DNA of 62,861 bases, filler included, from Bigelowiella natans CCMP2755 (Eukaryota; Protista; Cercozoa): NCBI GenBank assembly GCA_000320545.1. It is 4 parts of 4 records of this genome, joined end to end, with 100 filler letters (N's around TTAATTAATTAA, not from the genome) between each part and the next. Parts side by side here need not be neighbours in the genome. Positions count along the whole stretch, not along the records: positions 1 to 30,815 come from ADNK01001805.1; positions 30,916 to 45,162 come from ADNK01001520.1; 2 more parts are not named here. The stretch is one strand, 5' to 3'. Under the pieces are notes generated by a model. The model made no database searches. It saw nothing but the letters and a program-made list of their open reading frames with translations, and had not been told where the DNA came from. The translations under genes were made by a program, and so were the position numbers. Shown here piece after piece: positions 22,173-36,090 of the stretch (its first letter is position 1; each line of letters opens with the position of its first letter).

Positions 22173-22395
22173 CCTTCTCCAGCATGGATATATGTCTAGA
22201 TGTGTCCACACATGCAAATCCAATATCTGAACTCGGTGATAGCTACTTGGTGTAATTCAACGAAGTTACATCACATTTTGTGCAGGTAAACATATAAAAC
22301 GCATTGCCTTGCTGATTCCAAGAGTAGAATGGAAATATGTTTCGACAGCTGTAAACTACTAAATGAATGCCTTCTATTCCATCGTTCTAATCGGT

Positions 22396-23020
22396 TTACT
22401 CGATATCATAGATGATTGGAGACTCTTCGAAGCAGTGGCGAGGAGGGGGGGATGGGAGGGTCCACTCAAGAGTTGGAGACATGTGAGCGAGAACGACCTT
22501 TTCTCCCTTAGGGGTAACGTATGTCAGTGAACCATCTTCCATGGCGAGCCTACGAAAGAATAAAATTTTGGATTAAGTAAGGATGCGTTGTCTTTACAAA
22601 TATTGTGATCCGAAGGAATTACTTCTCATCGGCGAATCCTGAAATTTCGTAGCAGTCTTCTTCAATGATAAATCTGTATTAAGCGCGGAATATGAGCAAA
22701 ATTAGGTCATCTCCTGGATAGTTCTTGCTTTTGTTGTTGTCAGTGATTCAGTACCCGAGGGAATCGCGGCGAGAATCTTCCCAAGTTGCGAATCCTGGGC
22801 GTCCCCATTCATCCTCCACCAAATCCTTGTAGCCCCTCTTTGGAAGAGCTAATTTAATGAAGAGTGTTAATACCATATCGCAGCCAGAGATCGATGGTAA
22901 CTTATCGCTTCATTTCTTCTTAAGAAATATTTTTCTATTCTAATTTATCACACCATGAAGTGAGAGTCTAAGAGTGTTGATGCTGGCGCGTCGAGCTGCG
23001 AGTCTGATCAGAGAAGCCAT
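22396..23020 (-). CDS. cox1-c: Nucleus-encoded cytochrome c oxidase subunit 1 C-terminal fragment (Cox1-c) with mitochondrial presequence
   Basis: The N-terminus MASLIRLAARRASINTLRLS is Arg/Ser-rich with no acidic residues. The last exon ends SPTLEWTLPSPPPRHCFEESPIIYDIE-stop, the conserved Cox1 tail motif. Several short introns. Confidence 0.85.
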
Positions 23021-23792
23021 GGTCAGAGAGAGAGGGGATCCTCGATTCTGCTTTTCTAAGACTTAGCATATTCATACCGATCCCTCAGATGCAATAAAAG
23101 GGATCTATTTATAGAATTAAATGGACACTATTCATGTCGTTAGATGTAAAATAGAACTTAATTTTGTAGCGTGGGCCTGTGGAAACTTTGAAAGAGTTGA
23201 GGTTGCATGTGGGCTATCTCGAAAACGATCCAAACTGATGGAAAGGCTGCTTTCTTAAACCATGCAGGAATCCTGCTAATTATTGATGATCATTGAGAAA
23301 ATTGATGTCGCAATAAGAAATGAGGGTAAACAGCCATCAGGGAACTGAGAAGCCGCATAAACTTGGAGCTTAAAAAATACAAAAACTACGCATGAAAAAT
23401 TAGAAATGCCGGTGTTACGGGACTTTAATTCAAAAATAATGTTTTTTTAATACTACGACATAATTATTTAATGGAAAATCTATTAAAAAGATGGGTAGCT
23501 TAATCCTTAAAGATTTGCAACAGCCTACCGCTTTTTAAAACTGCAGTGAAATTCGGCATATTGCTCTTCGCTGCGACGCGGAATATTCCGAGTTCGCTGC
23601 AAAGATCGCGGATATTTTCTTCGCTATTTTTACTGGTATGCAGAGAATAATATGTGTCGCATGTAATAATTTTATTCGGTTTCGAAAATTCGTAAAAAAT
23701 GCCGGTATTTCTAGCAAATTCCCGTTGCCTTCCACGATCATTGCCCACGCCCACCTTCCCTGTGCCCACGTGCGATCTATCACATCGTTACT

Positions 23793-25300
23793 ATGAGCGA
23801 GAGCAGCACTAGGACGAAAGTGTCTTATGGGCCTCCGCGCATGGTATTTGCACTACTTCTGGGATCGACATTCGCGATGGGCGTGGAGTATGCTATTCTC
23901 ATGCCCACAGTCTGGAGGTACGTCCAAAACAATGGCGGGTCGAAAGCATTCCTTGGGTTTATCCTCTCAGGGTTTAGTCTCACGCGCACCCTCGCTTTCG
24001 TCCTCGTTGGCTATTGGAGCGATAAGCGCCCAATGAAGGAGCCTTTCGTGTTCAGCTTCTTAATCGGGGCGGTTGGGAATATGCTCTACGGCTTGGCTGG
24101 AGGTAGTGATCGTCAGACTTGCTTTTGCTAAAATGGGTAGAATGCTGCGCTATGTTGGCGAGACACGCGAAATCATGCTTCGCTTCTCTTCGCTGTGTTT
24201 TGTTGTAGGGTTGAACTCTCTCCCCGTGATGTTGGTCGGGAGGCTGATCGCCGGGGTTGGCGCTGCGAGCACCACACTTAACCAGTCTTACATCGCTCGG
24301 ACATCCTCAGTCGATCAAAGGACCAAGCTGCTGTCTTTGTGCAGAGGCACTTCTATCCTTGGAATAGCCTCGGGGCCGGTTCTAAACCTCCTTCTCCTTA
24401 AATTGGACGATAAAAACGTCTGCACAGGAAGGTAGCAATAGAATAGGCCGGGCGTCAACCCTCTTCTCCAGTACATCTCCTCATTTTCCGATTTCATCAG
24501 GTTCTGTCTTGATAGCATGACAAGTGCTGGCTACGTGATGGTGCTCGTAAACCTTCTTCTCTGCTTCCTGTACATGATCGCGTTTGTCGAGCCCCCCCCC
24601 CAAGCAAGCGTATCTAGAAGCATGAGCTACCATCGCCCTGGGAGCAGCCATGGAATTCAGGAATCAAAATATAAGGAAATCGCCACCAACGAGCCAAACT
24701 GGGATGATAATCCTCTAGATGAAGGATGGGGCGAACAGCGCGATGACGTCGGTGCTGGATGGGAACCCATCCGAACCGTTGTTTTCAAGAGGGCCGGGTG
24801 GTTTTGCTTACTGGTCAACTTTGTCACAGGTGGGTGGTTCATGCTGTTTCATCATGATAATAATAATAATAATAATAATAGTAATAATAATAATAAATAA
24901 TGATAATGATAATAGTAACTATAATGGTAATAAACGAATGAGTACGTGGGCAGCTTAAACGAAAGAGTGGTAATATGAGTAGCGACACACGTTCATCCTT
25001 GCCTTGGCGCGGGGCAAGGCTCGTTTCGTTTCGGAAGCTCTTGAGAACATTATATCATTGCGATTTTATGGCGACGACTGGTGTTCATGTTCGACGACAG
25101 ACGCAAAATCTGCGTGATGGAATATTGATATTCTCGGGCAACTGGAAGCTGCTCCGTGCGATTCTTGTAACTTACCAAACACCCTATATCTATCAGGGTT
25201 TGAAATCACGGCACTCGAAACCGCGATTACCCCATTAACTTCAGAGCAGTACGGATGGGGTAATATACCCACGAATAACCAATGAGCCATAGACCTTGCC

Positions 25301-25334
<34 letters not shown>

Positions 25335-25346
25335 ACTTCCATGCTC

Positions 25347-25384
<38 letters not shown>

Positions 25385-25713
25385 CACGCGCGCGCGCTTT
25401 ATTGGACATCTTACACCCTCCCATCCCGTTGATATGTGTTATCTGATGATCTATCTCAGGGACGCAGAACAACTCTTTCATGTTCGCCGGCATCACCGCG
25501 ATCGCGCTGACGTCCATTGTTTCGACCATAGTCCTTGACAAACAGATCTGGAGCAGCCCTCGGTTGATTATTGCCCTCGCGCAGATCTCGCTCGGGGGCG
25601 CTTTTGTGATAGCTCTGGCGCTGTGTGGTGGGCCTAAAGTCCCGGTATACGGTCTGCTTCTATTTGGAGCGTTTCTCGTGTATGGTGTAGTGCTGCAAGG
25701 ACCTCCTGCTATG

Positions 25714-25744
<31 letters not shown>

Positions 25745-26607
25745 GAGGAGGAGGAGTAATTTGAGTAGTGGCTCTAGTCGTGCAAACGCGATGATATTCA
25801 GACAATTTGCCAGATTGATGTCTTCGTGGTAGCGGTTCTCCAATGTTTACTCTTTCTCTGTCAATAGGGTGTATATAGCACCATGATTGGGCATTATGAC
25901 AAGGGCGTATTCATGGGTTATTCGCAAATTGTGCTCGGTGTCGCACGTATTTTTGGGCCCCTATTCGCGGTAAAAAATGATCCTTTAGAATCAAGTTGTA
26001 CGATGCGCCGATTGCTTCGCCCTCATTTTTACGCACGCGCGTTGCAGATATAAATCCGAAGAAATGTAGCTTTAGCAGCGTTAATTTTTCCCAGTTGAAG
26101 GAAGTTGTCTCTTACATGTCTCTGATAGAGCGGTTGCCTCTGTTTCTTCCTTCCAATTTTGCTCCGCAGGGCCTCACTCTCGAATTCCATACTCACTGGC
26201 TGCTATTTGGTGCGAACCATATCCTCTTACCGAACGTGTTATTCTGCGATTCCGTTTGTTTGATATGTTCATCTTCTCACCCCCCTGTAGCACAACCCTC
26301 CTCAAAGCAGCCACCCATTACTCTATACCCTCTAGGAATTCTTTGTCTGGTATATCTGGCAACGCCTATTTCCTTCCCATTCGTGTGGAATAAGATCACA
26401 AAGCACGAAGACGACGAATACTGCTACTCAGGTTGTATTGCTCTTCGACTGGGCAAAGGGTGGGGGGGGGGGGAAGGGGGGTTTGTGGACGTCATCAAGT
26501 GCAAACTTAGTCGAAAGAGAAAATGCCAGACTGATAATTGTTGCTGTTTGGTTTTAGGAATGGAGGATCCATCCGCTGATGTCGGCGATGCTGCTGTGGA
26601 AGGCTGA
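23793..26607 (+). CDS. Major facilitator superfamily transporter (MFSD8/CLN7-like), multi-exon
   Basis: Exons give YAILMPTVWRYV...FLGFILSGFS...VGYWSDKR, VGRLIAGVGAA...YIARTSSVDQRTK, and GVFMGYSQIVLGVARIFGPLFA. Confidence 0.9.
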
Positions 26608-28429
26608 AAGAAGTCGTCACGAGAATGTGAAGAAAATATGAACGCTAATATAGGCTGTGCAGCCATCCCAGTTGCAGTTTTGTCACACACATTGTTATGA
26701 TTTCAATTCTAGGTATTGTAAGACACCGCGATACACACATCACTCATAAATCTAACACTCTTGTTTGTGTGTGTCTAGCGTGCCAATTTACACATAATAC
26801 ACATTTTGCTAAGTTAAACATGCAAAAGCGATGTTTGGTCGATCATCACATTGAACATCACTAGATCACCCATTGTCATCCATGCACTGGTGAATCGTGT
26901 TTTCTGAAAACCCGGTAGTGGATGACTAGACATAAGTGTAGTATGTGATGATGGGTTGCTGCTGTGAGACGGTCTAGCGGCCTGTGCAGCCGCACGCCAT
27001 GCCAGCATGGGACTCGATCTAGCGATGCCGCAGGCGCTGATGCACTACTAGCTAGCTAGCGTGCCGTCATGTGACCAAACTAGAGGCCCAACGTTGCATC
27101 GATTTGCCACTAGATCTAGAGATGTCGACATGTGCATCCTTCATTGGGACTGTCCGCTTTGCCGAGGGTCAACATGAAGAGCGACCCCACTTTGCATGGC
27201 TAACAGACGCCTTGAAGAGACTTCCTAGTTGCACTTGCGAATGCTAGAATGCATCGCTAGATCGATGCATCGCCACACGCACACATGCATGGTGTTTAAC
27301 CCCTCTAGCCCTCCAGCTAGCTCTGAGCTAGCCCTGATGACGAAACTGAGAAAGTTGCAAAGCGAAAGTTTGCACATCTCTCAGTTTTTTCATTTTCACT
27401 AGTTCAAGTCACATGGACGATGGGCATGATGATTGTTTGTTGTCCGAGCCAAATGCACCGGGCAGATTCTCAAGGATCAGGCGTGTCCATCGCCCAGTCA
27501 ATGCACGCGGAGCGGATGGACTCGCACAGTCACAGATCCACCCGCTTTGCAGCGTTTTTGAGGCGAATTGCACCAAAGAAACAATGAAACAATGAAACAA
27601 TGAAACAATGATGATGAACTACGTATTCAAAACGTTGCCAAGACGTTTGCAGTGTGCGAAAGGCAGTGCTAGAGTGCCTCGACGAACTAGCTGCGCTTTG
27701 CGTGCGAGGCGGTCCAACGGGTGAAACCAGCAGGAATTTGAAATTAGCATTCTGGTCATTGTGGAGCAATGCAACTAGCAGCAACGTGGCGTCAACGCAA
27801 AGCATCTTCTCCAAGTAGGAACTTCCTGAAGGTTACGTCCACTTGACAGTCCAGTCCACGGACGGATCGTCCGAGGGGGCACCGTTTGCCACGAGGAGGA
27901 CGCACAACAATCGCAACAGTTCGAACTCCTGACACAAACGGCAACCACCTTTGCCTGCATTCCTGCGACACTGTAGAGGCTTGACGTAGAATGAAATAGC
28001 ACTAAAAAAAAAGAAAATATTATAGGAATCAATGCAATCTGTTTGATACCCTGCGACAAGGATAGAACCATGTCGTACAACGAAATATATTTTACAAACG
28101 GTCCTACGGGCAGCTGGTAACTGCCAGCTCATGGAAGTCGTCGGCCGGGCTTCGTTGTGGCGATGTGAGCTCCTCCTCCACCCCCCCCTCCTCCTCCCAT
28201 CTTACCAGAATTGTGTTTTAGTGCATGGTTTCATTGGATACTGCCTTTCTATATTTTGTTTTGTTTGAGTGGGAGGGACTGGAATTGCATTTGGGTGATG
28301 ATTCAATCCCTGCCCTGCTTAGGCGTGCTCTTCTTCTTCTTCTTCTTCATTATCACCATCATCTCCTTCTTCTTTTTCTTCTTTGAGGAAGAAATAACAA
28401 AATATTTAATTAGTGTCTCCCTTCTCATT

Positions 28430-28874
28430 CAGAACAGAAACGATGACTTTCTCATCTGTGTTTTCAAAGAAGCTGCGAATCAGACACAATGCTGGTACTG
28501 CCTCACAACGCGGGGCTCAGGAGAACTCCCATTTCGTATAGGCAGCAGCACTCGCCCTAATGTCTCACTAATCCCGTCCCTGACTCTAAATGACGTGCTC
28601 TATCAGTGTAAGGAATGCGAATGCGACCCAGTGTCTTGGGTGTGCGAGAGCTGCCCAGCCAAGTAATAATGACTTCATAACCTCTAACGACGCAAATTTC
28701 CGGCACTGCTTCGACAAGAGATCACACTCTAACAAAATTTGCGAAAAGGTATCTCTGCGACGATTGTAACGAGGATAATCACAGTAAACCAGACAAGAAG
28801 GGCCACAAACGGAGGTGCTAAACTTCTTTTCGTTGTGCTAATACACGACTCCCTCCACGAATTTGACACGCACG

Positions 28875-28919
<45 letters not shown>

Positions 28920-29309
28920 ACACAAAAACACATACGAACACAAACATCCACAACTGCCTCAACACAGGACATACGACCCTGATGCTGAGAAGAAGAAAGC
29001 CGAAAACTCCGAGCCTCAGGCTCCTTCCACTACAGCTCAAAACCAAACTAAACAGGCCTCAACAGCAGCAATAGCTGTGCCTGAAAAAATACCGAAAATC
29101 TGCGTATCCTGTGAGACAGACGATGTGGAGTTTGTGTGCTACACGTGTACGGTATGTGTCTTCTTGCTGAGTAAGCAAAATGTGTGAAATTTGTGTTCTG
29201 GATTGAAACAAATCTCACCTAATATCGTATTGCATTCCAGACTCTTATTGTACACCACACCTTAAATCCAATTATTACGCACATAGATTACTTTTTAATA
29301 AATATATAC

Positions 29310-29347
<38 letters not shown>

Positions 29348-30316
29348 GGCTGAACGCTTTCTGTGTGAGGACTGCAACTCTGTGAAACACGGGCCAAAAT
29401 CCGATCACGACGTTAGAAAATCTACCGACCCCCCGCCACCACCGCCGCCGCAGCAGCAGCAGCAGCAGCAGCACGAGGAGAAGAAGGTTGTAGACGAAAA
29501 GGCTAGTGCGCCAACAAACCAGCTCCAACCAGGCACACAGAGCGTAGACCATAATGCCGGTGCGGGAAATCCCAAGGCGACTGTTCCTCCGGCTAATTAC
29601 CCGTCAAACTTTGCTGCTAGGTACGCCGCACCTCGTTTCGCATGTGTAAAGCATAAACAGCCAGTGCTCTTCCAAAAGCTCAGTTGTCTTCCGAATTTGT
29701 TGTGAGAGATGGAAGCGACTGTTATATGAGATGTTGGTAAAAAAATCGTGCTCGCTTTGGCCTGGATAATATGCGCGAACCCCCCCCCCCCCCCCCCCCC
29801 ACCCGTTTCCCCTCCATCCCTCCAAGTACTCTATTATAGTCATGCCGACAGCAAATACAATATCACCATTTTCATAGGCCTCCGCATCTTCAAAATCCCT
29901 CCAATGGCTTCTTTCCGCCATCAAACCAGCAGCATTATTATGGCCATCCTTCGGCAGCTCCTTTCAGCCCCCCCCTTACCTCATCTCAGCGAGCCTTTCC
30001 TGGTAGCCCCTCTTCGTTTGGACACGCCGTGCAAAATCAATTTCACTCTGTTCCTGCCCATGGGTCTCCAGGAGCTCCCGACGCTCAACCGAGGTGCAAT
30101 CGGCAGAGTCAAAGAAAGGGGAGGGGGGGGGTTAGGGTTTTGGGGGGGGATAACAAGGGAAGGAAGTGTGGAAGAGTGTAGATTCGATAGAGTATCTGAA
30201 CTATCACTGGTTTTATGACTCTCAGCGTTAACAAACCAACTGCCAATATGGGTACGGCGTATCCTCCTTCTCTACAATTACCCTCCCCAACCCCTCACGC
30301 AGCTATAAGGTCGGAG

Positions 30317-30393
<77 letters not shown>

Positions 30394-30690
30394 ATGATAT
30401 ACTTACGTACGACTCTTGTTACTGTAATTTCTTTGGATGTTGGAATTGCATTTGCCTGTAAGCATACACAAAGACTGTGCCTTTCCATCCCCCCCCCCCC
30501 CCCTCCTCCAGTGGCCAGCCCAGGCTCTACGGCTCCGTAATGAACCCTAGCCTTCCACCTCCCCCCGGGTCGAATCCCGCGATTCAGTACCCAGCTTCTT
30601 CTCCGAGATCTCCATACGGCTCTACCAAGCTCTGGTCTGCAGAGCAGGATACGCAGAGGGGCCGAAATCCAGCTGAAGTATTAGGTTGAC
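28430..30690 (+). CDS. B-box-type zinc finger protein with Pro/Ser/Tyr-rich tail (partial, runs toward gap)
   Basis: Exons CKECECDPVSWVCESC, CVSCETDDVEFVCYTC and ERFLCEDCNSVKHGPKSDHDVRK fit B-box spacing. Confidence 0.6.
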
Positions 30691-30770
30691 TCCGTGCTTA
30701 TTTCCTTCTGAACTCGCGCATTCGCGTTGGATTGTTATTTTACACACACACACACACACACACGTATATG

Positions 30771-30815
<45 letters not shown>

Positions 30816-30915
30816 NNNNNNNNNNNNNNNNNNNNNNNNNNNNNNNNNNNNNNNNNNNNTTAATTAATTAANNNNNNNNNNNNNNNNNNNNNNNNNNNNN
30901 NNNNNNNNNNNNNNN
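30816..30915. other. Assembly gap with TTAATTAATTAA linker
   Basis: N-run, TTAATTAATTAA, N-run. Confidence 0.95.
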
Positions 30916-30946
<31 letters not shown>

Positions 30947-31199
30947 GCAAATGCTACTGGTGCGGCATCTCTTTGTATCGAAAAGGTTGAGACTTTGTCT
31001 AAGACACGGCGATTTGGGGAGGTCTTCTCTTAGGACTGTATTAAATGAAACCGATTGTGCGGATGGTACCAATATTCATGATCGCCCTAGCATCAAATCG
31101 AAGATACACGTCCATAGCACGCCACTCACACTCCTCTCTCGACCACCCTGATATGTTTGTGCATTGGGGGTGGTTAAGCAAAAGCGATTCTCATCCATT

Positions 31200-33440
31200 C
31201 ACACGGAAAATCTAAATGTAGATCAGCGGGAAAGAATGCGACGTGTTCCTGCTTCAAATATTTTAATATCACAAATGTAGCAGCCTTCATAGACCTTCAG
31301 CTAGATCATCGCAGTCTGGCAAGGCAGATATCCCTGTGATGTTGGGGAAATTGCACACAGTAAGGATATAGGGGGAGAGAACTTTTTCAGTTTCAACATC
31401 TCTACATTGATGGATAATGAGACGTAGACCTATCTAGATACGAATTAGAGTAGCAGTACCGGAGAAAAAAGCCAGCGCGAAAGTGCATGCCAACATTCCA
31501 TTCCCCAGCATCTAGGAGTGTTTCACACCAAAATCGGTCAATGTGAGAGGGGGAATTGTCGAAATTTCTCAAGATACTACTTTAGAATCCACCACAGAAT
31601 GCTAGATTTTTGATACGACATAAACCTACCGAGGTGAGAAGTACAGTCGGTGGCTGGGAGAAGAGGGTCCGCACGAACATGTGGTTTCCATGGTTGAAGC
31701 TGACGGGAAAACACAATTCACTGAGAAGCAATACAATTGACACTATCCATAGAGAGAAAGTGAGGCAAATTCGTTCGACAATGTCTCTTGTTTGGAGATA
31801 GATGATTACCACACGACTGCACGTTCACACGGCGATTGATTCATCCGCCACAACACATAACAACTTTCACACATTTCGCAACATGCACTGCTGTTGATAC
31901 AGTCCTCTTATTTACTACACATTGACTTTCTAAGCCTGTCCATTATCTCGCGAGAGTGGTTGTTCCGATTCCTCGCCTTCTAAGAAACACTCATTGCTGG
32001 TCCATCGAGTGCTCCAACGTGGGTTTCCCGCATGGCATTAGGTAGGGGTTAAGGACATAAATAAATGGGATTAAATTGCTGCGACAACGAATCTAACTTG
32101 GCTTAGTTAATAAGGACGAGGATATGACGACCAAATCCCAGACTTCTACCTTTGGTCGCTCAGCTTAGATCAGTTGATCAGTGTTAAGGATTGTGGCTAT
32201 GAATTTGTATAGTAATTTGTAGTATAAAATATTGTCTATTTTGCGTCCCTTTGTTGCCGAGCAATCCTTCGTTGAGAGCTAATTTGTATTGATCTCCCGA
32301 GTAGGCTTTTCACCCAATAAAAAAAAACCTGAGTTTTGATTTTCCAAAACTATGGCGTTTTCTCCTTGAGACATGCAGGATTTCAGAACTTTCTCTTATT
32401 TCCGTGCCACGCGCGACTGACTGGACTCCAGTAGACAAACGCCGCAAACGATGCTGAGCCCGTACACATCTTTCGTCATCGCTGCGCTCTCTCTCCTCAC
32501 GCAAGCTCAGGATAGCAGTCCTAAATTCTCGTTCAAGAATTATCTTAGCGGGTAGGGACGAATTGATTTGGTGGTGAAATTCGAGTACCATGAGATTCAA
32601 CTCCGATGCCGTGATGATTTCGTTTGTGTTCTGCTCCGTGTAAAAGGGAGTGGAATGTGGAACGTTTTGCTGTGACGATGGCGACCTCGGAGATGACCCC
32701 AGTGTCTTCAGGGGCTTATAAGGTGCATACCTGGTTCAAATGCAGTCCGGTGTAGGATATGTTGTCTGCTATGCTTTCCGTACTCACTCGCGGATCTCCG
32801 TTGCAGCATTAAGTATGACTCCCTCCCCTCCTCATTTCGTAACCCCCCTTGTTTGGACACCTTCGTATATCTCAGTTTGAACCAGAAAAGGATTCTGAGA
32901 ACCTTGTAGGGTAAGGCATTCCTCCTCCCTTCCCGTTTGTCATATTCCATTCATCGCCTTGGTTGTCACCAGGTTCTGGTCTCCCAGCGAGGCCGGCGAG
33001 GATGGAGAAGGTCGGACAGGCAAATATTGTGTCGCGCACATAATTCAACAAAACGTGAACAATTTGTTAAAAGCCGCAGTACCATTTCAGCATCAAGCGG
33101 GGACTGATTCCAGCTCCCTTAGCACCAAGCATGACTCTCTCCCTCTCTAACCCAAATTTAATGCTTTCTTTTAGTCGTTAAGGATCCAGTTCTGGTAGAA
33201 TTTGATGCTCTCAACACCGGAAGCTTTAAGATCGGCGAGGACAACGATCTTCTCTTCAAGTAATAGATGTGTGACGAGGAAAATCGTCAAAACACGATCC
33301 TGAGAGAGTGGGAGATCTGTATATTCCGAGGAAACTAAGCGACAAACCCTCTGACGAATTGGAGATTTTCGCTAAATACCATCGTCGATTTCTGTATTAT
33401 TGTTCTTCAGCGTGCAGATCGTCCTCACTATTTTTACTTT
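31200..33440 (-). CDS. Probable multi-exon gene of unknown function (boundaries approximate)
   Basis: Exon-like stretches, e.g. LLEEKIVVLADLKASGVESIKFYQNWILND and RGRVMLGAKGAGISPRLMLKW, bounded by minus-strand splice signals. No family recognised. Confidence 0.3.
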
Positions 33441-35665
33441 CATGCAGCTTCTACTTCCAGCATTTTAATGGGCCTTGGATCTCCCACGGGGTTGCTCACA
33501 CTAAGATTTGGCGTATTGTGATATTTCTGTCGCGCATACACGAGTGCGTGTGCCTGTTATGCACACGTGCCTGTTTCGTACAAGCTTTCAGATGTATACA
33601 TGTAGACACTCTTCTCTTACAACATTCCCGCCTTTAATGTGATACAGGAATGGAATGGCGTAAGCGATGGGTTCTATCAGTTTAATGTGGTTGCGTCTGA
33701 CAAGTTTACAATCACTGTCTTCACGCACCCGATGAAAGAAGATGGAGAGGTACGTTGGGCACTCTGGACAACTCGTGCTATCGCATCCACGAGAGCCACC
33801 CCAATTTTCTAGCCCACAAAACTATGTGCTTTATAGGTTATCCTCTTCTCGGCGTCACGTGTCAAGAACGCAAGCGAGAAGACGTTCTTCGAGAAATACG
33901 GTGTGTTTTCGTATTTGTAGGTGTTGCAGTAAGATAGGAGTACATAAAGGGAACAATGAGAGAGGTGATTGGGACGAGGTCTGGCGGCAGAGAAGAAGAG
34001 TTAAAAGGAGCGCATACCAGCAAACCTTATTATTAATCGGGTGTAGATGGATGACAAAATATTACATATTCTATATTCTTGTGCTTTTTCTGATGGGAAG
34101 ATATTGTAAGATAAGGGGGGAGGGGAAGGAGACCGGAAGCAGTGGCAAATGTTTGGTTATGAAATTGCTGTGTATCTAGGTTTTGACAGCTTGAATTATT
34201 ATTTTTTCTTCTTTTTCTTTGTATCTTTGCTTCTTTTCCCTCCCTTCCTTCCTTCCTCAGGGAGCACGATGATGATGGTGGTGTTCTTCCTGCTCTGTAA
34301 GTTTGCTGCGCCGCTACCGTTCAACTTGCCGTTGCTGTTTTGCTTAAATTTGGATCATATATCTCACTTTCATTTTCTTTGGAAATGATGATAAATTATC
34401 AGTCCAACGGATGAAGGGCGACCCTCGCGGACAAGCTGGAGGAGGGGCAGGTGGGGAACCCACTGTTGAGGAAAAGGTGAAATTTGCGCTTCGTTAATAT
34501 ATATCTACAAACACACACACACTTACATTTGTTCTACAGAAAAACCAGTGATGCGGGCCTGATATTTATACAATGGTAAATGGGTTACGAACGTTTGTAA
34601 CGGCTGAAGACTTCACGCTGGATCTATTGCACAATGCTATTTGCCATGAAAGAAGGATGTGCAAAGTACAGCATGATCATCATGCCTTCAGCGGCCGATG
34701 GCATGTAACGCTCATGATTCTGTCGTGACAGGCAATGTGGTTGTAATAATCTGCAACATCACCACTGGTATTAAACGGTCATCAATTATTGATTATTTTG
34801 ATGTCATGGATGGAAATTCGCTAGTTGGGATCTAGATCTAGAAATACGACAGGGAAACGCAGGATGGGGGTGCTGCAATTCCTCTTTGCAAAGTTGCTGC
34901 TGCAACAAGTTAACACAATGCATGGTTGGGTAAACGTACATCATGCAATCATTCGTCAGTGCTACTTGTAGCGCAGCGCTCTGTTTGCACGTGGGTCCAC
35001 ACAATAGTCCACGAGCGGCAAGTGCTACCCCCCTGTATGATGTGTTGCGAATGATTTGTGCGTGCGACATGCAAGCGATGCAGCGTCACATGACACAAGC
35101 GTTGATCGAGTGCTTGATAACGGCGTTCTAGCGTTGATCGATGTAGACGTGCGTAGACGCACGCTGGCGATGACGGCCTAGCGGCCAGGCTAGTAGGTGA
35201 CAGCTTATTGTGCTAACTGTGGGCATGTGTTTCGTGATTTATTAGTGATGTGGGCCTGCGCGCGACGCATACAAAACAAACACGTGCGGCGCGATTTGTT
35301 GTGATTGCGCATTGCACAATGTTTTCGGCAGATCAATGCGATGCGATGAGTGATGATGCGGCGCAGTCAAGGACAACTGACAACTGACAATGACAATGAC
35401 GAAGCTTGGAACACAATTGCTTAGCTTTAGTTTTGTGTTTTTCTAGTACGTCTTAGAATGCATGAATGAAGATGTAGAAGCATCATCCACGTGCATGTGA
35501 GAACTGATGAATGGTGAAAGAAAACTTGAAAAAAAGAAACTTTGTTGATCGCATCGACCACATTTCCGAAGCATCGGTGTCCTACTTGCTCTCTCGTTTT
35601 CATTTGTTCTGATCTAGCACACTTTCCATCTTTCTGATGGTGATGATCACGATGACACAAATGAT

Positions 35666-35832
35666 TCATCCACCTTCGAAAAAGTCAACGACTTCTGTGT
35701 TGAGTCTCTCTTTTGCCCATTCCAGCGCAGTCATCCCTTTTTCACCCTTCACCGAGAAATTCGCATTCCATGAAAGAAGTAGCTTCACGACGTTCAACCG
35801 ACCCCATTGAGACGCCAAGATCAACGGGGTGC
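35666..35832 (-). pseudogene. Orphan ankyrin-repeat exon
   Basis: Reads TPLILASQWGRLNVVKLLLSWNANFSVKGEKGMTALEWAKERLNTEVVDFF. No in-frame start is evident before the divergent GH28 gene. Confidence 0.6.
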
Positions 35833-36090
35833 TAGAGAGGAGGAGGGCATGTCAAGAAGGGGCGCAGGACGCGAATGGGTTTCCATGCCGCTGCGACAGT
35901 TTTGGTGAATGAAGAAATTCCAATTTCAGCAGCCAAATGACAGTGCAACTTCAGATCGGCGTTTCCATCTTTGCCTTTTTTATATTTTTAAGTATCCAAA
36001 CGATTGACGAACAGAGAAAATCGCCTGGTATTTTTTCTATGCCGCTCATCGACTTGCCACAAAGCGACTGACAGCAGGGACCCCTACACC

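Noticed and set aside
30860-30871. TTAATTAATTAA within N runs (also near 45207 and 48516)
   Set aside because: Artificial all-frame-stop scaffolding linker, not biological.
33450-34710. Possible small plus-strand spliced gene
   Set aside because: Exon-like pieces exist, but I could not assemble a consistent frame or recognise a family.
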